Source of the DNA: an uncultured Planctomycetia bacterium
Lineage (GTDB): Bacteria; Omnitrophota; Gorgyraeia; Duberdicusellales; 4484-171
Length of the DNA: 64,000 nucleotides
Direction of reading: 5' to 3'
Assembly: GCA_964455085.1 (NCBI GenBank)
Contig: CAYVYJ010000003.1
Location: 7,364 to 71,363 of the forward strand
The position numbers and the translations under genes are program-made. Position 1 is the first letter of the stretch. Each line of letters starts with the position of its first letter. The notes under the pieces are model-generated. The model had not been told where the DNA came from, ran no database searches, and was given only the letters and a program-made list of their open reading frames with translations. This document shows positions 29,791 through 38,673 of this stretch, in pieces.

Positions 29791-30102
29791 ATGGCGAAGA
29801 AAGAATTTTTTAAGGAAGCTGTGGATCGACTATGGCCCAAGGCCAAGAAAGAATTAGATAAGGGGATGAGGAATGCTAAAAAAATGCTGGCAACAAGTGA
29901 GACTTACCTTAAAAAGCTTTCCGTAAAAGGAGCTGCTGAGACCAAAAAAATATCATTATCCTTAAAACGCGAAAAAGCTTATTACGATTTAGGTAAAGCT
30001 ACTGCCTCAGTCGCCGTAACCAAGTGGAAAACTAGCCGTAAAATCGCTTCGTTGATAAAGGTGATCAAAACTTTAAGTAAAAAAATCGCTAAAATAAAAT
30101 AA
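29791..30102 (+). CDS. Lysine-rich helical hypothetical protein
   Basis: 103 aa, strong AGGAGG SD, very basic, no recognised motif. Confidence 0.7.
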   Translation: MAKKEFFKEAVDRLWPKAKKELDKGMRNAKKMLATSETYLKKLSVKGAAETKKISLSLKREKAYYDLGKATASVAVTKWKTSRKIASLIKVIKTLSKKIAKIK

Positions 30103-30140
30103 ATAGCTAACAACTGCTAGCCAGAAAGGAGAGACAATCA

Positions 30141-30458
30141 ATGGGGATTGAGGTAAATGCTGCTAATTTCAAACAAGAAGTTATTGATGCTAAAATACCG
30201 GTAATAGTTGATTTCTGGGCTCCCTGGTGTGGACCCTGTAAGGCGATTGTCCCGCATCTGGACGAATTCGCCAGAACTTATAAGGGTAAAGTCCAGATTT
30301 GTAAGTTAAATGTCGACGAGTCTCCAGAAATTGCCACTCAATATGTAGTTATGAGTATTCCCACTGTAATGGTATTTAAAGCCGGGAATGTTATGGAAAA
30401 AAGAGTGGGGGTAATGAATAAAAAGGAACTTGAGAAATTTATCCAACCCTATCTTTGA
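30141..30458 (+). CDS. trxA: Thioredoxin
   Basis: DFWAPWCGPCK, SIPT. Confidence 0.96.
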   Translation: MGIEVNAANFKQEVIDAKIPVIVDFWAPWCGPCKAIVPHLDEFARTYKGKVQICKLNVDESPEIATQYVVMSIPTVMVFKAGNVMEKRVGVMNKKELEKFIQPYL

Positions 30459-30478
30459 TTTAGACCTGCTATTATAAT

Positions 30479-31003
30479 CTAGCCCTTAACTCCAGTTATC
30501 GCGAAGAAATTAGGGATAAATTTATCGGATTTAGTACCCATTACATCTTCTTTAAATGGTGTAGTTGCGATTAACACACCACCCTGCTTAAGCACACGAT
30601 TGGTCTCCCTTAAAGCTATATTTATGTTTTCACCGCGCATGTGCTCAAATAGTTCGCAAGCGGTAACCAGCTGGAAAAAATTACTTTGGGAAGGAATTTT
30701 AGTAATAGATCCTTTCTTAAGGGTTGCCGACTTAAGTAACTGATCAACCCGTTCTATAGTCCGATTAGCAATATCTACTCCATAGACCTTAAATAAACCG
30801 CTTTTTAGCGCCTTGTTTAGTAAATAGCCGTCGGTTATACCAATATCTAAATAAGGCAAAGATTCGCCTTCGGGGCGATACTTAATCATTTTTGAAAAGA
30901 CAATATCTAATCGCCCGTGCGCCAGACGCCGCTCTTTAAGCGGCCTTCCAGCACCATGTTCATAGAACTTCTCGTCTACCAATTCTTCTTTTAATAGTCG
31001 CAC
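30479..31003 (-). CDS. Class I SAM-dependent methyltransferase (possibly shortened)
   Basis: LDIGITDG motif I, YGVDIA, ELFEH, RVLKQGG; GTG start. Confidence 0.75.
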   Translation of the reverse strand: MRLLKEELVDEKFYEHGAGRPLKERRLAHGRLDIVFSKMIKYRPEGESLPYLDIGITDGYLLNKALKSGLFKVYGVDIANRTIERVDQLLKSATLKKGSITKIPSQSNFFQLVTACELFEHMRGENINIALRETNRVLKQGGVLIATTPFKEDVMGTKSDKFIPNFFAITGVKG

Positions 31004-31204
31004 TTTTTATTATCCTGGTTATTACAAAACTACGGCTTTAAATGACAATATTTCATCGCCAGAGCCACTGTAGGTTGTCTGCCGACACCTTATAGCTTAG
31101 ATTAACAGTATTTTGCTTAAAGTCAATATTCTTTCCAGTAAATGCCCCTAACTCGCTACACTTAAAAGTCCTTCACCATCTGCGGTCGTTTAGGACTACT
31201 TCGG

Positions 31205-31239
31205 CTACAGTTCGCCTTTGTGGCGGCCTAAGTCTCATT
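31205..31239. repeat. Second copy of the palindromic element at 3536-3567
   Basis: CTACAGTTCGCC-TTTGT-GGCGGCCTAAGTCTCATT versus CTACAGTCCGCC-AAA-GGCGGACTAAGTTCATT. Confidence 0.65.
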
Positions 31240-31248
31240 AAAAAAACC

Positions 31249-31277
31249 TTGCTATCCTGCTTATAACTTGTTATAAT
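31249..31277 (+). promoter_or_regulatory. Sigma70 promoter of the tRNA pair
   Basis: TTGCTA-17 nt-TATAAT with TG extended -10. Confidence 0.65.
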
Positions 31278-31312
31278 TCTTATTACTTTTTAGGGCTGGA
31301 TTGTTTTTTATC

Positions 31313-31386
31313 GGGCCTGTAGCTCAGTTGGTTAGAGCAGTTGACTCATAATCAATTGGTCCGGGGTTCGAATCCCTGCAGGCCCA
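31313..31386 (+). tRNA. tRNA with CAT anticodon, probably tRNA-Ile2 (lysidine)
   Basis: GGGCCTG/CAGGCCC acceptor; GTTGA-CT-CAT-AA-TCAAT; paired 1:72 and no GGG/CCC anticodon stem, so not the initiator; acceptor is Ile-like. Confidence 0.9.
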
Positions 31387-31437
31387 TGAGTTTTTATCAC
31401 CTAAGGGGTCTTGGGGATTAAGCTATATTATTTCAGC

Positions 31438-31511
31438 GGGCACATAGCTCAGTTGGTTAGAGCGCTACGCTCACATCGTAGAGGTCGCCCGTTCAATTCG
31501 GGCTGTGCCCA
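31438..31511 (+). tRNA. tRNA-Val(CAC)
   Basis: GGGCACA/TGTGCCC acceptor; CTACG-CT-CAC-AT-CGTAG anticodon arm. Confidence 0.93.
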
Positions 31512-31533
31512 TATGAAGATTTGAGCTGATTCT

Positions 31534-32259
31534 ATGAATTTAAAGGATGAAATCAGAAAGCTAGTGGAATTACAAGAAATTGATTCCCGAATATATAAGT
31601 TACAAGAAGAAAAGGACCAAAACTTACCAGCTCAATTGGAGGAAAACCGCAGAGAATTTGAGGAAACATCCAAAAACTTTACCACTGCCGAAGAAAAACT
31701 CAAAAATCTGCAGCTAAGTAAGAAAGATAAGGAGATCGAGCTGGCTTCGAAAGAGGAGGGGCTTAAGAAACTGCAAACCCAACTCTATCAGCTAAAAAGC
31801 AATAAAGAGTACCAAGCCATGCTTACCGAAATTGGATCTGCCAAGGCTGATACATCACTAGCTGAGGAAAATGTATTAATTGTTCTTGAAGCTCTAGAAG
31901 CAGCAAAAAAGGAATGCCTGGCCCAACGAGAAGCTTTGGACCAGGAAAAGAAAAACTTTACTGAAAAAGAAGCTAAACTTACCGGGTTAATCAAAGATGC
32001 TGAGGCTGAAATCTCAAATTTAAGAACCAAGCGTAAAACTCTTGCAGCAAGCGTCGATAAAGAAATCCTCACCCACTATGAACGGCTTTTGGAATCACGA
32101 CAAGGATTGGCCTTGATTCCGGTAAAGGGAAATGATTGTGGCGCCTGTAATATGCGGCTTACCCATCAAAAGATAAATGAAATAAAGATGTTTGAACATT
32201 TGGTATCATGTGATGTCTGTGTGAGACTACTTTACATACCCGAGGATATTAACCAATGA
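31534..32259 (+). CDS. Coiled-coil protein with C4-type zinc ribbon (CT398/HP0958-like)
   Basis: LQEIDSRI, long coiled coil, CGAC...CDVCVRLLY. Confidence 0.88.
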   Translation: MNLKDEIRKLVELQEIDSRIYKLQEEKDQNLPAQLEENRREFEETSKNFTTAEEKLKNLQLSKKDKEIELASKEEGLKKLQTQLYQLKSNKEYQAMLTEIGSAKADTSLAEENVLIVLEALEAAKKECLAQREALDQEKKNFTEKEAKLTGLIKDAEAEISNLRTKRKTLAASVDKEILTHYERLLESRQGLALIPVKGNDCGACNMRLTHQKINEIKMFEHLVSCDVCVRLLYIPEDINQ

Positions 32260-32651
32260 TTAAAGTCTATACTGACGGAGCATCAATTGGTAACCCCGGC
32301 AAAAGTGGTATTGGTTACCTAATTTACAAAGATAGCCGACTTTTGAAAAAAGAAAGTGTCTACCTGGGCATTCAATCAAACAATTTTGCCGAATATATGG
32401 CTTTAATTTTTTCCCTGGTCGATATTGTTGAATTAGGCGAAAAAAAGATTGAGGTCTTCTCGGACAGTAAACTAGTTTGTGAACAAATTAAAGGTAATTT
32501 TAAGGTAAAAAACAAAAACATTTATCCGCTTTTTGTCTTAGCTAAAAAATTAATTTCAAAATTGGATAGTTTCAAAATCCTTCACATTGATCGCGAGAGA
32601 AACAAAGAAGCCGATGAGTTAGCTAAACGAGCTACCGGCTTTTTAATTTAA
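32256..32651 (+). CDS. rnhA: Ribonuclease HI family protein
   Basis: YTDGASIGNPG, NNFAEY, SDSKLV, NKEADELA. Confidence 0.9.
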   Translation: MIKVYTDGASIGNPGKSGIGYLIYKDSRLLKKESVYLGIQSNNFAEYMALIFSLVDIVELGEKKIEVFSDSKLVCEQIKGNFKVKNKNIYPLFVLAKKLISKLDSFKILHIDRERNKEADELAKRATGFLI

Positions 32652-32676
32652 AATAACCAATAAGCAGGAGGTAGTG

Positions 32677-33432
32677 ATGAGCGGACATTCCAAATGGGCA
32701 AGCATTAAACACAAAAAGGGTGCTGCCGATGCAAAACGGGGACGTCTTTTTACCAAGTTGATTCGGGAAATTACTGTTGCTGCTAAAAATGCTGGTGGCA
32801 ATCCCGACACAAACCCCAGTTTAAGAACTGCTATTGCCCGCGCTACCGATGCCAATATGCCTAAAGATAATATTTCTAAGGCGATTAAGAAAGGTACAGG
32901 TGAGCTTCCGGGAGTAACTTACGAAAGTTGTGCCTTTGAAGGATATGGTCCGGGAGGAGTAGCACTGTTAGTCGAAACCCTGACTGATAACAAAAACCGC
33001 TCCTCAGCAGAAATCCGTAACATTTTTTCCAAGAAAGGGGGAAATATGGCCGGAGCCGGCAGCGTAGCCTGGATTTTCACCTCTAAAGGTTATATTTTAA
33101 TCGATAAGGCACAAATAAGCGAAGATGAGTTATTCTCAATAGCTGTAGATGCCGGCGCAGAAGATATTAAAGCCGGTGATAAAAATTATGAAGTATTTAC
33201 AGGTCCTAAAGATTTTGAGGCAGTTAAAGCAGTAATCGAAGCTAAAAATATTAAATGGGTATCAGCCGAGCTAACTAAGCTACCTAATTCAACTATTAAA
33301 ATTAGCGGCAATGATGCCAAGCAGCTTCTCTCCTTAATTGAAATTTTAGAGGACCACGACGATGTGCAAAAAGTTTATGCTAATTTTGATATCCCGGATG
33401 AAGTATTAGAGGAAATAGCACAAGAAATCTAA
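32677..33432 (+). CDS. yebC: YebC/PmpR family protein
   Basis: MSGHSKWASIKHKK, EGYGPGG, TDNKNR, DDVQKVYAN. Confidence 0.95.
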   Translation: MSGHSKWASIKHKKGAADAKRGRLFTKLIREITVAAKNAGGNPDTNPSLRTAIARATDANMPKDNISKAIKKGTGELPGVTYESCAFEGYGPGGVALLVETLTDNKNRSSAEIRNIFSKKGGNMAGAGSVAWIFTSKGYILIDKAQISEDELFSIAVDAGAEDIKAGDKNYEVFTGPKDFEAVKAVIEAKNIKWVSAELTKLPNSTIKISGNDAKQLLSLIEILEDHDDVQKVYANFDIPDEVLEEIAQEI

Positions 33433-33433
33433 G

Positions 33434-33931
33434 ATGAAGGTTTTGGGTGTAGACGTTGGTCTCCGGACCTGTGGTTATGTCGTCACCGCAGTAAAAAACC
33501 TGGAAGTAAGTTTAATTAAAGAGGGGCAGATAAAACCTGGTCTGAGCCAAAGTTTTCCTCAAAAACTTAATTGCATCTTTGAAGAATTAGAAAAAGAAAT
33601 TAATCAACATAAACCAAGAGCGATTGTGGTCGAGAAACTTTATTCCCACTATCGTCATCCGACAACTCTGGGAATCCTAGCCCAGGTAAGAGGCGTAGTG
33701 GTTCTTCTAGCACATCAAAAGGGGTTAGGTTTTTTTGAATATTCACCGACTCGGGCCCGAAAATCTTTTTTAGGCCGGGGTAATGTGAATTCCACTCAGG
33801 TAAAGAAGATGGCCGAGAAGGTAACCGGAAAAAAGTTTAAATCCCTGCATACTGCAGATGCTTTTTCATTAGTGGTTGCTTTTTCTCACGCCCAAAAGTT
33901 AAACCAGCTGCTAGAGGAGCGCTGTCGATGA
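33434..33931 (+). CDS. ruvC: Holliday junction resolvase RuvC
   Basis: LGVDVG, VVEKLY, RGVV, EYSP, HTADA; yebC-ruvC-ruvA order. Confidence 0.88.
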   Translation: MKVLGVDVGLRTCGYVVTAVKNLEVSLIKEGQIKPGLSQSFPQKLNCIFEELEKEINQHKPRAIVVEKLYSHYRHPTTLGILAQVRGVVVLLAHQKGLGFFEYSPTRARKSFLGRGNVNSTQVKKMAEKVTGKKFKSLHTADAFSLVVAFSHAQKLNQLLEERCR

Positions 33932-34536
33932 TTTACCAGATTAAAGGAATATTAACTAAAAAGGAAGAAAACCGGGTAGTAGTTAACGTAGATGGTATTT
34001 TTTATGAGATAAGTGTGCCACGGACTGTCTCATCTCGGCTAGGTCATGAGACCAGGGAAATAACACTAGTTATCTACCACTACTTCAAAATCGATAAAAA
34101 TAAAGGTTTACCGGTAATGGTTGGCTTTATTGAAGAGTTAGAAAGAGATTTCTTTGAAAAGTTTATCACTGTCTCAGGGGTTGGGCCAACAGCGGCTTTA
34201 CGGGCTTTTGATAGGCCGGTAGCGAGAATCGCCCAGGCCATTGAAGAAAACGATAGTTCGTTCCTGGAAAGTTTGACCGGTATTGGAAAACAGCGGGCAA
34301 AGCAGATTATCGCCCACCTTCAAGGTAAGGTAGGCCGGTTTGCTCTAATTAAGGAGGGACAGCCTTTAAAAGAACCTCAAAGCAAAGCGATTATCGCCGA
34401 AGCAAAGGAAATCTTAAAACGCCTGCAATACAAAAGCAGTGAAGCCGATAGCATGATTAAGAAGGCATTGGAGCAGGCACCGGGAATTGATAGCAGTGAA
34501 GAACTGCTTAATGAGATTTATCGGCAACGAAAATAA
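33928..34536 (+). CDS. ruvA: Holliday junction branch migration protein RuvA
   Basis: OB-fold N-terminus and HhH motifs VSGVGP and LTGIGKQRA. Confidence 0.88.
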   Translation: MIYQIKGILTKKEENRVVVNVDGIFYEISVPRTVSSRLGHETREITLVIYHYFKIDKNKGLPVMVGFIEELERDFFEKFITVSGVGPTAALRAFDRPVARIAQAIEENDSSFLESLTGIGKQRAKQIIAHLQGKVGRFALIKEGQPLKEPQSKAIIAEAKEILKRLQYKSSEADSMIKKALEQAPGIDSSEELLNEIYRQRK

Positions 34537-34551
34537 GGATTTATCTAAACA

Positions 34552-35163
34552 ATGAACAATCAAAAGGTAAAATCAATTCTGGAAGCATTATTGTTTATCA
34601 ATGAACGGCCGATTGACGTAAACGAACTTACCCAAGTCTTAGAGACTTCTCGTAAAGAAACTGTGGCAATGCTTGAGAAGCTTTCCCTTGAATATCGACA
34701 ACGTTCTTCAGGTATTTGCATTGTTAAGGTCGCCGGCGGTTACCAAATGTGTTCGGCACCCGATAATGAAACTTGGGTTAAAAAGATGTATCAAGAGAGA
34801 ACTAAACAAAAACTCTCAACTGCGGCTTTAGAAACCTTAGCTGTGATTGCCTATAAGCAGCCGGTTACCCGGATTGAAATCGAAGCTATCCGGGGAGTTA
34901 ATGTAGACGGAATGGTGAGAAAATTGAACGAACTGGGATTAATAAAGATTGCCGGACGAAAAGATGTTGTTGGTAAACCTTTTCTTTATATTACTACGCG
35001 AAAATTTTTAGAGTATTTTGGCATTAATGCTTTAAGTGATTTGCCTAAACTGGAAGAATTCACAGCTTTAGCCGGGAAAAATCAACTGGGCGCTGAGACT
35101 GAAGCCGGCCCAGTTAAGGAAGAGGTTGAGCAAACTGCACAACCTCAAAGCGAATTAGGGTAG
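34552..35163 (+). CDS. scpB: SMC-Scp complex subunit ScpB
   Basis: LEALLF, VAGGYQM, ALETLAVIAYKQPVTR, FLEYFG. Confidence 0.95.
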   Translation: MNNQKVKSILEALLFINERPIDVNELTQVLETSRKETVAMLEKLSLEYRQRSSGICIVKVAGGYQMCSAPDNETWVKKMYQERTKQKLSTAALETLAVIAYKQPVTRIEIEAIRGVNVDGMVRKLNELGLIKIAGRKDVVGKPFLYITTRKFLEYFGINALSDLPKLEEFTALAGKNQLGAETEAGPVKEEVEQTAQPQSELG

Positions 35164-35266
35164 ATGAGACTGGCTTCATTCGATAGATTGAAACAATTAT
35201 GGTAGGATCAGATAATAATTAAGAAAATCGTTAGAAATACTTAAAAAACTACAGGAGGGTTAAGAG

Positions 35267-36403
35267 ATGAAAACTTATTTTGCATCAGAGTCAGTAACCG
35301 AAGGGCATCCCGATAAGGTTTGTGACCAAATATCCGATGCGGTATTGGATGCTGTTTTAGCTAATGACACTAAGGGACGGGTAGCTTGTGAAGCCTTAGT
35401 TACTCGTGGTTTTGTAATGGTGGCCGGTGAAATTACTACCAACTGTTATGTAGCGGTCCCAAAAATTGTCCGCGGCCTATTAAAAGATATTGGATATGAT
35501 GACCCGGCAGTAGGGTTTGACTATGAAAGCTGCGGTGTGGCTACCGCAATTCAAGAGCAATCTCCGGATATTGCCCTGGGTGTAGATACCGGCGGTGCTG
35601 GTGATCAAGGATTAATGTTTGGCTATGCAAATTCAGAGACCCCGGAACTTATGCCTTTACCGATTATCTTATCCCATAAATTAGTCAAACGTTTAGCCCA
35701 AATCCGTAAGGAAGGGATAACTCCTTATTTGCGGCCGGACGGAAAAGCGCAAGTGTCTGTAGAGTATGAAAATGGGGTACCCAAACGCGTGGATGCGGTA
35801 ATTATCGGCGCTCACCACACCAAGGATGCTAAAATGGATGTTTTAAAGGATGATGTTAGAAAACTGGTAATCGAACATATCATCCCCAAAGATATGCTGG
35901 ATAAAGATACAAAATATTTTATCAACGGAACCGGGCGATTTGAGGTTGGTGGGCCGGTTTCCGATACCGGTGTAACCGGACGGAAAATTATCGTTGATAC
36001 CTACGGTGGTTATGCCCGTCACGGTGGTGGCGCCTTTAGTGGTAAGGACCCTTCAAAGGTCGATCGTTCAGCATCCTATATGGCCCGCTACATTGCCAAG
36101 AACATTGTTAGCGCTGGTATTGCTCGCGCCTGTGAAATACAACTATCTTATTGTATTGGCATAGCTGAACCGGTATCAGTAAGCGTAGATACTTTCGGAA
36201 CATCTCAGATAGCTGACGAAAAAATCTCTACGGCTATCCGCCAAATCTTTAAGCTTACTCCAGCCGGAATTATTGAGGAGTTAAACCTCTTACGGCCGAT
36301 TTATACAAAAACCGCTGCTTACGGTCACTTTGGACGGGAAGAAGAAGGTTTTAGCTGGGAGAAGACTGACCGGGTAAGCGATTTAAAGAATGCTCTAAAA
36401 TAA
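35267..36403 (+). CDS. metK: S-adenosylmethionine synthase
   Basis: [26 protein letters not shown]. Confidence 0.98.
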   Translation: MKTYFASESVTEGHPDKVCDQISDAVLDAVLANDTKGRVACEALVTRGFVMVAGEITTNCYVAVPKIVRGLLKDIGYDDPAVGFDYESCGVATAIQEQSPDIALGVDTGGAGDQGLMFGYANSETPELMPLPIILSHKLVKRLAQIRKEGITPYLRPDGKAQVSVEYENGVPKRVDAVIIGAHHTKDAKMDVLKDDVRKLVIEHIIPKDMLDKDTKYFINGTGRFEVGGPVSDTGVTGRKIIVDTYGGYARHGGGAFSGKDPSKVDRSASYMARYIAKNIVSAGIARACEIQLSYCIGIAEPVSVSVDTFGTSQIADEKISTAIRQIFKLTPAGIIEELNLLRPIYTKTAAYGHFGREEEGFSWEKTDRVSDLKNALK

Positions 36404-36430
36404 GAAAATCTTAACCAAAGGAGTAGAGAG

Positions 36431-37693
36431 GTGAATTGCGATATAAAAAATAAAAACCTAAAACGAGAAGGTAAACGGAGAATCGAATGGGCCCTGATGC
36501 GAATGCCAGTACTGGAACAAATCCGGGAACGCTTTAGACGGGAAAAACCCTTAAAAGGGTTGACTATCGGAGCCTGTCTGCACGTTACTACCGAAACGGC
36601 AGCCTTAGCCTTAACTTTAAAAGCAGCCGGCGCCCGCACCTTGCTTTGTGCCTCAAATCCTTTATCGACTCAGGATGATACAGCTGCATCTTTAGCCTTT
36701 GATTATGATATTGAAGTATTTGCAATTAATGCCGAAGATACTAAAACTTACTATAAACATATTGATTCGGTATTGAAACTTAACCCGGTTATCACTCTTG
36801 ATGACGGAGCGGATTTAGTATCTACGATTCACAAACGGGCTGCTTCGCAAAAAAACCTAAAGCTACCCTGGGCAAGCACTGAAGAGACGACTACTGGTGT
36901 AATTCGCCTCAAAGCTTTGCAAAAGGAAGGCCGGCTTCTTTATCCGATTATTGCCGTAAATGATGCTTATACCAAACACCTCTTTGATAACCGCTACGGC
37001 ACTGGTCAATCAACCCTTGATGGAGTAATCCGGGCTACCAATAAATTGATAGCCGGGACAACCGTAGTTATCTGCGGTTATGGCTGGTGTGGCAAGGGTG
37101 CAGCCAGAAAAGCTCAAGGATTAGGCGCAAATGTAATTGTCTGTGAGGTTGACCATCTTAAAGGGTTGGAAGCCATAATGGATGGTTTCCGGGTAATACC
37201 GATGCGCCAAGCAGCCTTAATCGGCGATATCTTTATCACCCTTACCGGAGATATAAATGTTATCTCTAGTCAGCACTTCCCCTTATTAAAAAATAAATCA
37301 ATTATCTGTAATTCCGGGCATTTTGATGTTGAAATCAACATTAAGGCATTGGAGAAAATGACAGTTTCTAAAAAGGAAGTTAAACCTTTGGTCACCGAAT
37401 ATACACTTAAAAATAAAAGGAAGATTTATTTATTAGGCGAAGGCCGATTAGTTAACTTAGCCTGTGCCGAAGGCCATCCGGCTGAAGTCATGGATCTAAG
37501 TTTTGCCAATCAAGCTTTAAGTTGTGAGTATATTGCTAAGAATCATCAGAAGTTGAAGAAACAAGTCTATAAAGTCCCGGATAAAATCGATGCTATGGTA
37601 GCAAAGTTTAAACTCAAAGCTATGGGCATAAAAATCGATACCTTAACTGCTGAGCAGAGGAAGTATCTTGCCAGCTGGCAAGAAGGAACCTAA
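36431..37693 (+). CDS. ahcY: Adenosylhomocysteinase
   Basis: CLHVT, SNPLSTQD, EETTTG, FDNRYGTGQS, GYGWCGKG, EGHP. Confidence 0.97.
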   Translation: MNCDIKNKNLKREGKRRIEWALMRMPVLEQIRERFRREKPLKGLTIGACLHVTTETAALALTLKAAGARTLLCASNPLSTQDDTAASLAFDYDIEVFAINAEDTKTYYKHIDSVLKLNPVITLDDGADLVSTIHKRAASQKNLKLPWASTEETTTGVIRLKALQKEGRLLYPIIAVNDAYTKHLFDNRYGTGQSTLDGVIRATNKLIAGTTVVICGYGWCGKGAARKAQGLGANVIVCEVDHLKGLEAIMDGFRVIPMRQAALIGDIFITLTGDINVISSQHFPLLKNKSIICNSGHFDVEINIKALEKMTVSKKEVKPLVTEYTLKNKRKIYLLGEGRLVNLACAEGHPAEVMDLSFANQALSCEYIAKNHQKLKKQVYKVPDKIDAMVAKFKLKAMGIKIDTLTAEQRKYLASWQEGT

Positions 37694-37698
37694 GGTCA

Positions 37699-38652
37699 AT
37701 GAAGCGAATCGGAGTCTTAACTCGTGACTGTGCCGGAATAAATGCGGCAATTCGAGCCCTGGTGCGCAGCGCCTCGGTTTATAATCTTGAGGTCTACGGC
37801 ATCTTTCGCGGTTACCAAGGACTTATCGAAGGTGATTTACAGCTCCTAACCCGGCGTTCGGTCTCAGGAATTATTAATCTCGGCGGAACTATTTTAAAAA
37901 CCGCTCGCTCAAAGCGGTTCCTGACCCCCACTGGACAGCGTCAGGCAGTTAAAACTCTCCGTACTAATAATATTGACGGATTGATTGTTATCGGCGGCAA
38001 TGGTTCCTTAACTGGAGCTCATATTTTAGCCAGTAAATATTCTCTGCCGGTTATCGGTATTCCGGCAACAATTGACAATGACCTTAATGGTGTTGAGATG
38101 AGTATCGGTGCAGATACGGCAATCAATGTAGCTTTGGATGCTTTAGATAAAGTAAGAGACACTGCTACGTCTCTGGAACGGATATTCATAGTTGAAGTTA
38201 TGGGACGCGACTGCGGTTATATTGCTTCCCGGGTCGCCTTAGCCGGTGGTTGTGAAGAAGTCTTACTGCCAGAAAGAAGTTTTAATATTAAGAAAATTTG
38301 TGAAGAAATAGTCGAAGGAAATATCCGTGGAAAAGTCAGCTGGATAATTATTGTTGCCGAAGGAAAGGCAAAGGCAGCCGAGATTGCCAAAAAAATTAAT
38401 AAAATTACCGGTCTGGAAACCCGCGAGGTAGTCTTGGGCCACATTCAGCGCGGAGGCCGGCCTACAGCTTTTGACCGCATCCTGGCAGCCCGTTATGCCA
38501 ATCATGCCCTAGAGGTTTTAAAGAAAGGAGCAAGCAATAAGTGCATCACCCTAAAGGGAGGAAAACTAACAACCATAGCGTTAGCTAAAGCAATCCGACC
38601 TAAAGATATGGAAGTAAATAGCTACTATAAATTGGTTAAAATTCTTACCTAA
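37699..38652 (+). CDS. pfkA: 6-phosphofructokinase family protein (atypical N-terminal loop)
   Basis: GGTILKTAR, GGNGS, PATIDND, EVMGR, LGHIQRGG; VLTRDC replaces VLTSGGD. Confidence 0.9.
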   Translation: MKRIGVLTRDCAGINAAIRALVRSASVYNLEVYGIFRGYQGLIEGDLQLLTRRSVSGIINLGGTILKTARSKRFLTPTGQRQAVKTLRTNNIDGLIVIGGNGSLTGAHILASKYSLPVIGIPATIDNDLNGVEMSIGADTAINVALDALDKVRDTATSLERIFIVEVMGRDCGYIASRVALAGGCEEVLLPERSFNIKKICEEIVEGNIRGKVSWIIIVAEGKAKAAEIAKKINKITGLETREVVLGHIQRGGRPTAFDRILAARYANHALEVLKKGASNKCITLKGGKLTTIALAKAIRPKDMEVNSYYKLVKILT

Positions 38653-38673
38653 AATATTACCGGGAGGGATAAA

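Noticed and set aside
31030-31065. Fluoride riboswitch suggested by GGCGATG on the minus strand
   Set aside because: It lacks the downstream CTRATG and pseudoknot complement, and the downstream gene is not a typical target.
29700-31530. Prophage or integrative island at tmRNA or the tRNAs
   Set aside because: No integrase and no duplicated 3' end of ssrA or the tRNAs was found in the window.
35164-35266. SAM riboswitch or leader peptide (MRLASFDRLKQLW) upstream of metK
   Set aside because: No SAM-I/II/SAH consensus or convincing structure is present, and the 13-codon ORF is within chance expectation.
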